A stretch of 64,000 nucleotides of DNA, taken from assembly GCA_905178155.1 (NCBI GenBank), contig CAJINV010000013.1, positions 1,063,790 through 1,127,789 of the forward strand. The letters run 5' to 3'. Position 1 is the first letter of the stretch; each line of letters begins with the position of its first letter. The stretch is from Amoebophrya sp. A120 (lineage: Eukaryota; Protista; Dinoflagellata). Shown here piece by piece: positions 26,301 through 37,036 of the stretch. The translations under genes and the position numbers were made by a program. The notes under the pieces were generated by a model. It saw only the letters and a program-made list of their open reading frames with translations, did not search any database and was not told where the DNA came from.

Positions 26301-28457
26301 TTCCCGCTGATGGTCACCACCTTGTCCCTCGACCATAACTCCGTCCTGCTCCTCCTCCTCGTCTTCTCGTGGCGAGTTCCTGCGAGAGCTCAAGTTGCTG
26401 CCATCACTTACCGGGGTGGGTAGGTGCTCGGAGGAACTGGTATCCAACACGTGCGGCTGTCCTTCCTCGGCATTATTTCCGGGCGGTTTGCCGAAGCCCT
26501 TTCCCTGTGAAGATCCACGGCGCGCGGACGACTTCGAGGTTGTGTCCGACACAACCTCGAAGTCGTCGAAAGGGGGCGAAAGATCGCCGATCACGCGAAG
26601 CTGAATTTCGTTGTCTTTCAGCTGTTTTCGGAGCTCCGGATCGGTCAAAAAGTTCGTGAACCTAGCCATTAAGTGCTGCACTTCGTCCTTAGGCCGCTTC
26701 CAATTGTCCGAACCTTGAGGACGTAGAAAAAAAGTCAAGTCATGTTATCAAGGAGCTTTTCCACAGATGCATGGAACAAATAAGAACAAATTAGAAAACC
26801 AGCACGCCTCGTATCTTAAATTTTTGTGGTTCAAAAACCTTAAGCTCCGAACAGGTCACTTATGAAAAATGAGAAAGTAATTGAAAAAATTGTATACTGA
26901 AAGCGTATAGCGTCAGTTGCGGAATGCCAATTTTCGCCGCCGTTTCGATCAACTCGCGGACATTTTTCTCCGCCTCACTGTGCCCCGCAGATCGGTGGAA
27001 CCCCCTTGAAGACGCCCAGCGCCCGTTCCCGTCCATCACTACACCCACGTGGTTGGGGAGCTCAAGTGGACCGCGTTTTGCCAGAGGTTTCTTCTCCGTA
27101 TCCAGCTCGTGGGTGACTGTCGGGTAAAACGCGAGCAGCTGGTCTAGCGTAAGCGGCTTGGTAAAAACCGTCCCACCCGTCGAGGAGGCTTGTTCCGCAG
27201 TTTTCATATTCACTTTGGTCAGGAAACTTGACGCTGGACTGTTGCTTTCTGCAGCCTGTCCGCTCGACGTCGTGGCTCGGTCAACATTCAATGAGTGATT
27301 GTTCCACCAGAAATTTTTGCACTTGAAAAAAAAATCCTCCGGCGTAGTTGCCGCTTCAGTAGCGGAGGCTGACGTCGTCATCTTCGTGCTGGTGCCCATC
27401 AGGCTAGTACCACTCAAAAGAGGATGCGCTGCCCGCGCCCAAATCGAGGTTGGAAGCAGAGAGGAGTAGTAGATTGGCGCACCACCTCCAGCAGGTTCTT
27501 TATTTTGTGAAGATCCGGCTACAACTACTTCCCGCTGCATTTCCGCCTCATACTGCTGCTTCCGCAGGGTCAACGCCTCCTCGAAAGTGGGGATCTGGAA
27601 CGACGGGGGAGCGAAGTTGACATTGACGGCGGGGGTAGAGACCAAATGCATGCCGCGCTCAAAATTAGTGAGCGACCAGAAGGGCGCTGCATTCAAATTC
27701 ATTGGCGTCGTGCTGCTGCTGGCCGCTTCTTCGCATGAGAGAACCGCAGGTCCGTTGAGTTTATCGACTCTTGTTCCTGCTCTACCAGTAGATGACGGCG
27801 TTGCTGAATTTTTGCAACTACTAGCCAATGACCCGGACTGCTGGCCACTAGGGAGGACGGAAGAGGAACTAGTACTGCTCTCTCGACGAGCGACATCGTC
27901 CTCCACTTGGGTCACCTCCTGCTCCAGGGGGAACGACACCGTCTTCGCATATCGTGAGGAAAAATCCCCCCTCTCCACATCAAAAAGGGATACTTCTGAA
28001 AATTTGCGATGCTGATTTGTGGCCACAAATCGTCTCTGTATTGCAAGAAGGCCAAGCCAGAGACTCCGCCGCATTTTGCAGGCGGTTTCTGATGCTATGG
28101 GGCCTACAGAGTACACATTTGCCATGCTACGCGCCTACGTCAAAACCCTTCTACTTAGGCTTGGTATGGGCCTGCAGTCCTCTACTGCAAGACAGACCCG
28201 ATTTGTGTACCCAAATCCAGCATCAGAGACTTCCTTTTGATATGGGGAGGGGGGATTTTTCCTTGTGATATCGCAACCGCCGTTTTCTGGTGCTCAAAGA
28301 GCTTGGCTCGGCCAATCGTCGACGCAATCGTGGAGGCAATAGCGGTGCTGCTCACCAAGAGGAGGTGACAAAGTGGCTGCACCCATTTTTTCGGTACAGG
28401 GAGAGGAGATCTCGAGAGACGAGTTCTGGTAGAAGACACGGGGCCGCAATTCGTCAT
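23318..28457 (-). CDS. cis-prenyltransferase (UppS/DHDDS family) with long low-complexity insertions, about 8 exons
   Basis: Reconstructed motifs: LPNHVGVVMDGNGRWA, TLYAFS|SDNWKRPKDEV, LRVIGDL, LNILLSY, IDLLVR|TGDQQRLSEFCLPQLRYAEILFESKY|FPDYHADDFVRAVQYFNTKQRR|RGK. GT-AG introns at 26714..26897 and 24040..24244, four TIR introns, and one unresolved intron at about 25986-26225. Confidence 0.9.
23407..23626. mobile_element. Introner-like TIR element, family F2 (TIR TATAACAGTGCACAACTCCCCCTCCCCCTCATTTGT)
   Basis: 36-bp TIR with 2 mismatches; TSD TCGCC at 23402-23406 and 23627-23631; removal restores the C-terminal RRG motif of the cis-prenyltransferase. Confidence 0.92.
23697..23959. mobile_element. 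Introner-like TIR element, family F1
   Basis: TIR with TGCAAATATGTCTGGGTCTGGA; TSD AGTAC at 23692-23696 and 23960-23964; removal gives ESKY|FPDY. Confidence 0.92.
24850..25173. mobile_element. Introner-like TIR element, family F3 (TIR TATCAAAAGGAAAAATCCCCCCTCCCCATATC)
   Basis: 32-bp TIR; TSD TGCTC at 24845-24849 and 25174-25178; removal joins ORFs 25101..25994 and 24205..24855 (IRGE|QQAEAGGSP). Confidence 0.92.
26527..26567. repeat. Perfect 20-bp-arm palindrome within a coding exon
   Basis: GACGACTTCGAGGTTGTGTC-C-GACACAACCTCGAAGTCGTC. Confidence 0.9.
27950..28270. mobile_element. Introner-like TIR element, family F3, inverted relative to the 24850 copy
   Basis: TSD TCGCA at 27945-27949 and 28271-28275. 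Internal GATTTGTGTACCCAAATCCAGCATCAGA is the reverse complement of the 24850 copy interior. Removal gives HQKTAVA|KTVSFPLEQ. Confidence 0.92.
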
Positions 28458-29000
28458 TTTCAGTGATTGATGTGAATGGCAGTCGTGTTTTTCTCAATCG
28501 GTGTCAACGTAGCTGCGTCAGGATGGAAACAGCAGGTGGAAAAAAATGATTTGTCTCACAGCATGGTCTACTTACGCAGAAGGTGAAGCACAAAAACATA
28601 CAGCGGATAGCAACCAAATTAAGACAACATCGGCGCATTGGCAAGGCACAATGGGAGCAATAAAACTATCCATCATGATACGTATTCAATTTTTTTGCAG
28701 CTGTTGATCTTTACGCAGAGCAAGACAATAAAGCAATTATGCTCTTTGTGCATACTTTGATCAGGATCGAGATCCACAACCGCCCTGATACCATCGTAAC
28801 ACAATCACAACGAACTAAACCAAAGCAATTGCCCGCTGCAGGAGAAAAAACAAAAAGAAACGCGGCGTAGGCGTTTGGACTACTTAATAAAAAAAATTCG
28901 ACCAGCATGAATGTTGCTCCTCGCTCAACCTGAACGTGAACACGATACAACAGGCTCGAATTTCATAAATCTACTTCTTCATCAAAACTAGATCGGAATG

Positions 29001-30226
29001 CTACCTTCGACCACGACTTGCGGTTTTTTCATTATCAGGAAAAACTTCTTGTTCAGACGCGTGCACAACCACGGCTGAAGATGTTCTGGAAGCATTTTTC
29101 GTGTTGCGTCCTGGAGTCGCTTTGTTCCGGAGTGAAGTCCGTTTATTGACGCGACCTCCTGATGCACCTACAACCTCTAAATCCTGTTGGAAAAACAGCT
29201 GATTTGGCGAAAAAATCTCAAGAACTTCTTGTGCGGAAGAAGTTTTTCTTTCCATCTCCTGCTGCAGCTCCCCCGCCGCTCTAATTTTTGCAGCTGGCAT
29301 CCCGTAATTGCCTTGTCGTACAGACGGCACAAATATCTCTCCTGTTCCTTGTGTGCCCGTAGTTGGTCCACGAACGACTTGGCGCCCAGGCGCATGATAC
29401 GGAAAAAGGCTAGCATAGTAACAGCATATTATTCATTATAATATTGGAAATGCAAAAATAGTAGAAAAATCTGTCTACACTATGCAAGACAGACTTTAGT
29501 ATTTCATCTGCGCGCTTATTTCTGCATAAACAGATTACACATGTGATTGTAATGGGGTAAGTAGTAATAGCTTTTTCCTGTGCGATAATGCGTCGACCGT
29601 GTCGGATTCGGTCGGGAGCGTGGGGGTACCGGTGCGCTGTGCGTCCCGGCACGGCCGAGCCGTAAAAATCTCGTCGTACTGTCGTCCTGATCCGCGAAGA
29701 AGCTCACGCCGGCGTCTTCCTGCGTGGCGAGCAGCGACGCGAGAGACCCACCAAGCGGGTCAACAAATGAGCCGGTGAGGCTTAGCTCGTTTGCGGTGTG
29801 GATTGAACCAACTGCTTCGTGCTGTGATGTGGGATTCTTATTGTGCTCGATAGCTCCTGCGCCGGATGTTGACAGCGCACCAAGAAAACTGGCAGCAGAT
29901 TGCTCCTCGTGCGCGGCCCGGAAATTCTTCAGCGCGAGCATGTAACGCATATCATCGGACGTATACCTGGTTGCGTGAGAAAGGCTAGAATCTGAGGCCG
30001 GGCCGAAGACGCCGCTTGTGCGATCCGCTGCAGACGTTGCTGGTGAATTTATTTTCGTCCCGATCACGTTGACGGAAGTCCACAGGGTGGTGCCATCGTT
30101 TTGATGGTCTGCATCACCCGCCGCAGCTACGTCACCCACGAGATCGCATGGGCCATTTATTTTTGTGCAGCTCTGCTGGTAGCCACGGGCGTCCTCCAAA
30201 CACTTGCCTGTTAGCAAGGCGCCCAT
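29001..30226 (-). CDS. Hypothetical protein, probably 2 exons
   Basis: ATG-initiated 236-aa ORF 29516..30226, an AT-rich intron-like gap at about 29410-29570, then a coding-like downstream segment whose frame is unresolved. Confidence 0.45.
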
Positions 30227-31228
30227 GTGTTTGGTCTCGTGTCCTGGCCGCTGGCTGGGTGGTGCCCTCTTTAAAGCACAAGTAGCAGAAACAGACTTTA
30301 TTTCCTTTACCTATTGTGACCACTGCGTGGGAACAGAACGCACACTAGTAGGTCACTCTCCAAACCAAAAAAAAATCACTGAAGAGCGTGCATGATATCG
30401 GAGAGCTACCGGCAGGACGTCCGTGCGGCTGCGGCCTTCTACTAAAAAATCAATAAAAAGAGAGAAAGTCATATTTCAATCGTAGGAGTGCGTAACAGAA
30501 GCAATTATCTAAAGAGTAAGTATGTCTCTTCTATTGAATAGATTATTGTCTGCTAGCTGAAACTACTTTTACCACACGTACACTCCTGATCCTGCTGATG
30601 CTTTATGTGTAACTAATGGTATCTTGTGCCTCGCGCCACCCTTCTCTCCACAGGCACAGACGTACGAACGATCTCTGACGTTAAACCTGATAGTACTGCG
30701 GCGAGCCAAACCTCGAGCGTCCTCTGTCGAACCGGAAGCATATGGCCTCTCTTACCTCACTCTTAACATGACAACAACAAATTGCCGTGTACTAGAAGAT
30801 CGATATCCAGACATGATTATGATATTTGCATTATGCATATGCGACGAAAACAAGCGACGCGACCCAAGCGATGCAGACCGATCTGGGAAGTTCGGTCTAG
30901 CCGGTTAGAAGCATCAATATTTATGAAGATGATCGCACACGCGTTTAATACGAAGCGAAAACTTAAAACATAATGCCACAGAGGCCTCGGAAAGCACGCT
31001 GCCGCCCCCTCTGGCAAGACAGAGCAAAGCTGATTTGTATGCACAAAGAAATCAGCGGCAGCAGCATGATCGATCCATGTTGTTGAGTAGAAATGTCTAC
31101 TGTAGTACCTTGGCAGTCTGTGAAGGAAAGATTTTTTTTTCATGCTTACAAAAAAATATGTCCGTCAAAGATGATTTTCTCACTCCGCCTAGGAACAGGT
31201 GGACACAAAGCAGCCGATTTCATTTCTC

Positions 31229-31593
31229 TATACATTGCAAACATGTCTGGGTGGTCTGGAAAGATGCAAAGTTGTGATGCTTAAAATGACTTGTGATGCT
31301 CGTAGTTGTCCGTGTTAACACACAAAAATCTGTCTTGCAAGACTCGGAAAAGTACCCATTTTAGGGCATGTTGCTGTAGTGCTTGTAGCCATGTACATGT
31401 TGACAGTGCACTTCTCCTACAGGATAGGCATCGCATAGACCCTGCTAGATCTGTGATGCTAGGCCCCACATTTCAGACATCGTGGGGGCGGGGCTTGCAA
31501 AACGAAAACCTTCACCTGCATGGCAAAGATCTGCATCTTTCCAAATCCACATCCAGAGCCAGGAATTCTATTTCTAAGTATTTGCATTTGATA
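31229..31593. mobile_element. Degenerate F1 TIR element, apparently just 3' of the small gene's stop codon
   Basis: Left end TATACATTGCAAACATGTCTGGG; right end TTTGCATTTGATA; TSD TTCTC/TTCTT (1 mismatch); small insertions in the TIRs. Confidence 0.75.
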
Positions 31594-31603
31594 TTCTTTT
31601 CTA

Positions 31604-32340
31604 CTACGGTTGAGCTACTAGCACTGGCTCTCCAATGTTCGGATTCTGGTTCGGGTCGAGGTTCTGGTACCACCAAGAAAAATTGGATGTGCCAAGCTTT
31701 TGTGGACAGTGGCCTTGGTCCCCCGGCACGATGTCCCAAATAGTTCCACAGGGCAAGTTTTTATTGCTTTCGTCGCTAGAAGCTTCTAAACTTGTTATCC
31801 TCGCCTCACCAAACCAGAAATCGTGCTCTTGATACCAGTACCCAGAAACGACGTCCCCGATCGGGAGTTGTGCACTCAACATGTGCGCTTGTTCATCATT
31901 CTGGGCATAATCGGTCCAGGACGAGCTCATACCCCATTCGTGGTTTATCAAATGCAAATACCTAAGTATGTCTGGGTAAGGAAGACAACTGTGCCGGCAC
32001 CCATTGGGCGACATGACAAGTACTAGTTGGGAAGTGGATTGCGCGCAGAAGCACTACGGGTCTTCGTCTTGTTGCGAAATATTCTTCATGCATACCTACT
32101 TTTCCGCATGAGAAGTTCTCCTCTTGCATCGCAAAAAAGAAGCAACTATCCGTATTCCCACGCCACACATTTATGTGCTGTTGAGATTTAGCATCACAAG
32201 GAAGTTGCAAACGCATCAATATTCCAGACCCAGATGACATATCTGCAGCGCATATGGTTTATGCTCAGTGCTTGCAGGACCGGCAAAGAAAAAACCACGT
32301 ATATCCGGAGTGGAAACGACGCCCTTGCCCCTACGTAAAG
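31604..32340 (-). CDS. Small hypothetical protein with a signal-peptide-like segment, split by a TIR element; start not resolved
   Basis: Removing 31946..32254 plus one TSD gives ...FPLRIYVVFSLPVLQALSINH|EWGMSSSWTDYAQNDEQ...; stop at 31604. Confidence 0.5.
31946..32254. mobile_element. Introner-like TIR element, family F1 (diverged)
   Basis: TATCAAATGCAAATA...ATGTCTGGG at the left and CCAGACCCAGA...GCATA at the right; TSD TGGTT at 31941-31945 and 32255-32259. Confidence 0.82.
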
Positions 32341-33608
32341 AGGGAAAAGTTTGCGCAGAAAAGTCTAGAGCTTTTGGGGCTCGCACGTGACAAGTTAGGC
32401 TTTGCAGTGTAGTCGGGCGTACTAGCTAGTCCAGACGCGGTACAAATCCTCTTTCTTATCCGTGTTACCGAAGCGCACGAAGACAGATTGAGGCTCTCAA
32501 GCACCACTAGAAAATGCCTCTCATGTTGGGAAGCCGATCATCATCATCATCATGTAGTGGACACCCGCTCCCAGCGCGACAGGTCAAGGAGCCGAAGCCG
32601 CAATCCAGCGTATCGAAATTTGCATGACAAGTCTGGGGTGTTTCTTTCATGTACTGGAAATAAAATCCAAATAATTAAACTTAAAGCACAGAGAAGCTTG
32701 TTGGGGTGGGAACGTTTTTACTCAGATGATAACGTAGATGCAGAGCACCTCCAGAACGAAGCACAAACGAGGCAGGAACAGGCTCCGTGTCACAGGCACA
32801 AGTGGGCCATCCGCACCACGACCAAGGGGGCCGTCCGCACCCCCTCCTGCGTCGTTCAAATTTCGCCGCCCACGATAGTTGTGCCACGCGGGCCGCCGTA
32901 GGAGCCGCCCGTACCCTAGCACCACAACAAAAGCAATGCACAAAAGCCAACCCAGAAGCACCGCCAGCGCGCGAAGGTATTGAGGGAAAATCAGTGATCT
33001 TGGGAAATGCTGCTACCCCTAAGAAAAATCGCAGCCTGTCATGCGGACCTGCTATTTCCCTGTGTGTCGTCTCCTTTTCATACATGCGGGCGCAAAAAAG
33101 CACACCAGAAATCTCCTTTCCATTGCAAAAAGCGAACCAAATAAACTCACTCCTTTCCATGCGGTCTAGAGTGACTTTTCGTGGGCGTTTTGGTTTTCTT
33201 CGCATCTTCGCAAAGAGCCATTTATAGGCGAACCCGCGTCAGGCGCTGCCTTTATTTTTCTTAAGACTAGCAGCAGTCGGGAAGGTCACTCATTTACCCT
33301 CCATAGAAGGGCTACCATGCGGTCGATATCTTCGCCGAGACGGTAACCTAGGCCCCGTTTCTGGCAATTATCCAATGGCAGCCCAGTTTTCGTGTGATAG
33401 AGCTGATGAGTTTTCCAGTTATAGAGCGGACCTCCTTCTGGGTAAACCGACACCTCGGCGTTCACGTCGTGCAGCGTTGTGTATCCCACAAGAAAAAGCT
33501 AGCAGCTTAATGCGAAAGCAAATACATAGAAAGTTCCGTCCTGAATAGCCTAAACGCCACCCATGCTCTGGGCCTGGTGCCCATCATGAGAGGTCTTTTT
33601 GCCATTGC

Positions 33609-36213
33609 CTATTTACTTTTCTTGCATATAGATTCACAAATATGTTCCCTTGCTAGCTTTTTTCTGTGTGATATCACATTACTACCTTTCCCGAAGAGCC
33701 GCCATGCGTAGAAAACTGGGACGTTTTCCCCGAGGAAAATTTGCACCGTCTCGAACAAAAGCATGAAAAACATCGAAACGGGGGCGCACATGTAATGGGC
33801 CCATCGCAAGTATTTCCGCGAGGGCCGCACGTGCCTTGCGAGGACCTCCTCAAACAGCTCCACGTTCGATCCCGTCCTCGCTTCTCGCGCTTCTTCTTCG
33901 TCGTCGTCTTCGTTCGGCTCCTCCTGGTGCTCCTCGCGCAGCTGCAACTTTTTTTTCTCCTGGTCACTCGGAGACGAGTCCTCTGCCTTCACCTTCTGGA
34001 CGTTTTCGCTTCTTGCGGAGGTCATAATTTTCTCGTGGTGTGTAATATCGTCGATGGAGGGCAGGGCTGCAGTTAAAACGAAGCCGGTCGCGGGAAGGAG
34101 GAGCAGCAGAGCCCGGAGGCAAATATTCAGTGCAAATATGTCTGGGTCTGGAAAGGTGCAACTTGTGATGCTGCCTTTGGATTCTACATAAAATCTGTAT
34201 TGCGTGAACAGTAGAAGAGGTCCAGTTGTTGCTACGCAAAGAGAGCAAATATCATGCGGTAGGAGCATCAGAAAGCCCCCACAGAATCTGTGATGCTAGG
34301 GCATGCATCACAGACATAAGAAGTCAGGCAAAATGTGCATGACAAACCTTGCACCGTTCCAGACCCAGAAACTTTTGCATTTGATAGCAAATCTCGGTGT
34401 ACGACTGGGTCGCCGCAAATGTCAAACCCAAATTCTCCGAAAGACTCGGCTTCATGAAGCACCAGGGCGAGTGCAGCGTAAAGGTGTGCCGACTCAGGAT
34501 GATGCACACGCCAAAGAGGATCAAGCCCGTGGTGAACATAATGCCCTCCGGCGAGGTCTGCGACTGGCAGACGGCGCTCAGGGTCATGTTCTTGCAAAAA
34601 TCCCCGGGTATCACGTAAAACTGCTCGTCATGGAAGCCACGGATCAAGTGCTCCCGCCCACTGGCAACGAGCTCCTCTCTGTGCCGGCGGGTCGGAAAGC
34701 GCCGCGGGCACAGGACCAAATGTACGGGCAGCAGCGTCGCACCCACGGCGGAGATGTATGCGATCGTGACTATCAAATGTAAAAATGTCTGGGTCTGGAA
34801 AAGTGGAACTTGTAATGCTAGCTTTACATTCCTGGAAAATCTGTATTGCAGAACCAACAAAAGTCGCAGCCACTTTTGTCATGCAAAAAGGCAGTTTCTC
34901 ATGCGGATTGCGTATGAGAAAGCGTTCTGGAAAGTTGTCATGCTGGGCTGCGTTCGGAAGTAGTTCCGTCATCCACATTTTAGCATCACAGGTCTCCAGA
35001 CCCAGACATATTTGCATTTGATAGTGACGAGTATGCTGCTAAACATGAAGTCGGATCGCACCGTGCCAACCAAGAAGGCAAACATTTTCTGCAAAATGAT
35101 GTCGGTGACCGCCCCCGCCTCGCGGACGCGTCCCAGTGCTTCCGTGGTGTTTTGGGCCAATTCGGCGGACCGTGCGGACAAAGCTGCATAAAAGTCCTGA
35201 CCTTCTACTCCCTCATCTTCGTCCAAGTTGTAGCGAGTCTTGATCCCTTCGCTCGTCCTCTTCGCATCAGCTCCTGGTGGCGCGGTGGTGCCCACCATTT
35301 TGTTTCTGGATCCGGCCTTCTCGGTCGTACTAGTCCCGCTCACCCGCAGCTCCGTCGTCGCGGGTTCTCGTTCTGCTGGTGAGTTTTCATCATTTCGACC
35401 TGGTGCGCCGTTCTGGTTGGATTTCTCTACGTAGCTTTCGCCCAACGAGCTCGTTCGCGACAAAGAAGTAGATCTCCTCGTTGTGCGCTCTGGCGGCTCC
35501 TGCTGTCGCTCCTGCAGCTGGAGAACTAGCCACTTCAGCTCGTCCACCTCCCGCGCCATGCCCTCCATCTTCACCTGCATCGCTTTAGTGCCGTCAGTTG
35601 TCATCTCGGCATCTTCAGCTACTTCAGGAGATTCAACTTGTAGTTGCGCTTGCGCACCTGCATCTTCATGTTGAAACGGCGCGTCTGCTTGCTCCCCTTT
35701 GATTTCCTGATCCATCCCCTGCTCCACCTCTCTGACCCCGTCATTGTGGTGCTGCTGTCCAGCTAGAACTAGAAAAGATTCCTGGTCGTGCTCCGCTGCA
35801 GGACCGGCCTCCGCATGAAGATCCTCTTCGTCCAGTGGACTTCCACCCTCGCCGGCCACCGCCCCTTCGTCCTCGCGGCGGCCCGACGTTGTTGGAGTCT
35901 TGCCAGTGGGCTGCTCCTTATGTTCATCGTTCTTTGCCTTCAGCATCCGGACTGCCTCGAGCTCGCTAGGAGCAGCTCGTGCTGTTCTTTCCTCACCGTC
36001 GACATCGACCAGCGGCACCTCATTTGTTGCCAACACGACCGACACCGGCGTATTATAATTGGGGAAGCACATGATCACGGCCGCGAGTTGTAGAAGTACT
36101 AGTGGAGACAGGACAAAAAGCAGAAAGCGATCAACAAATCCTCGTGATCCCAACCCCGGCGCAGAAGAAAAAGAAGCAGGAGAGCGCGGCATTTGAGTCG
36201 GACGACCCTCCAT
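33609..36213 (-). CDS. Multi-pass membrane protein, possibly Frag1/DRAM/Sfk1- or DUF998-like; 3' end uncertain (possible further exon near 33286-33500)
   Basis: Three ORFs are joined in frame by removing two F1 elements (SSILVT|IAYISAVG and SYTEIC|LRALLLLLP). Several hydrophobic helices, with SPEGIMFTTGL and HYMCAPVSMFF segments. Confidence 0.75.
34124..34386. mobile_element. Introner-like TIR element, family F1
   Basis: TSD GCAAA at 34119-34123 and 34387-34391; in-frame junction at the start of a hydrophobic helix. Confidence 0.92.
34771..35023. mobile_element. Introner-like TIR element, family F1
   Basis: TSD GTGAC at 34766-34770 and 35024-35028; in-frame junction within a hydrophobic helix. 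Confidence 0.93.
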
Positions 36214-36497
36214 CGCATCGTTGGCAATATCGACTTCTGTTTAATTGGGTTTTTGTTTTTCGTTTTTTCTTTTTCTCATCTATCACAAATTTCTTCCTAC
36301 ATCCCTTCGCGCATAACAAACTACACAGTGCTCCTTGGGGTATCGATATGCCAACTATGCGATACAAAGTACTTACCCTGTCGAGACGCCGCTTTCTTGT
36401 CCCCCTTCAGCCGCTTGTCGGTAAAGAACGGCATCCACAACGAGAACCAGAACATCTCATCGGACGAAGCTTTATCAATGATCCCACATGTGCATAT

Positions 36498-36540
36498 TAT
36501 AACCTGCTCAGGTGATGTGACGATCTCAACGTTGACGATG
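36498..36540. mobile_element. Solo left TIR of family F4, intergenic
   Basis: TATAACCTGCTCAGGTGATGTGACGATCTCAACGTT resembles the F4 TIRs at 52396, 54374 and 55819; no clear partner end. Confidence 0.55.
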
Positions 36541-37036
36541 CAACGCTAAAAGTCGTCCTCTGGAACCTTTGTTCAAAAGGTAGTTTTCTGTGAGGACAAG
36601 AGGTGAGATGATATACAAACGAAACTGCTCGTCATGGTTGAATATGCTCTCATGGACGGGCATAGCTGTTCCTGCGCCTGCCATACGCCGATCAGAGACA
36701 CCAAAGAGAACACGAACAGGGGAAAATCGTAAGTACACGCGTCTCTCGCTCATCGCGGTACTCTACTCAATCAGTCCATTCCTGAGGATCTCGTCGTTGC
36801 GACAGATGTTATCTTGTACTCGTTGCCATTGATTGATAAAGTTAGTACCTCGCCGTCATCAACATCTCACTCGATGTAAGTACTTCACGGCTCGCCTATG
36901 GGAGATACGCGCGCTTCTACATTTTGATTCTCTATGCCTGTAGTTTCTGCATTTCCGTTTTGACTCTCGTACGTGTGGCTGTCGACCACATGGGTAATCC
37001 AGATTCGTGGATTTCGATACTGTGCCGCGTTATTTT

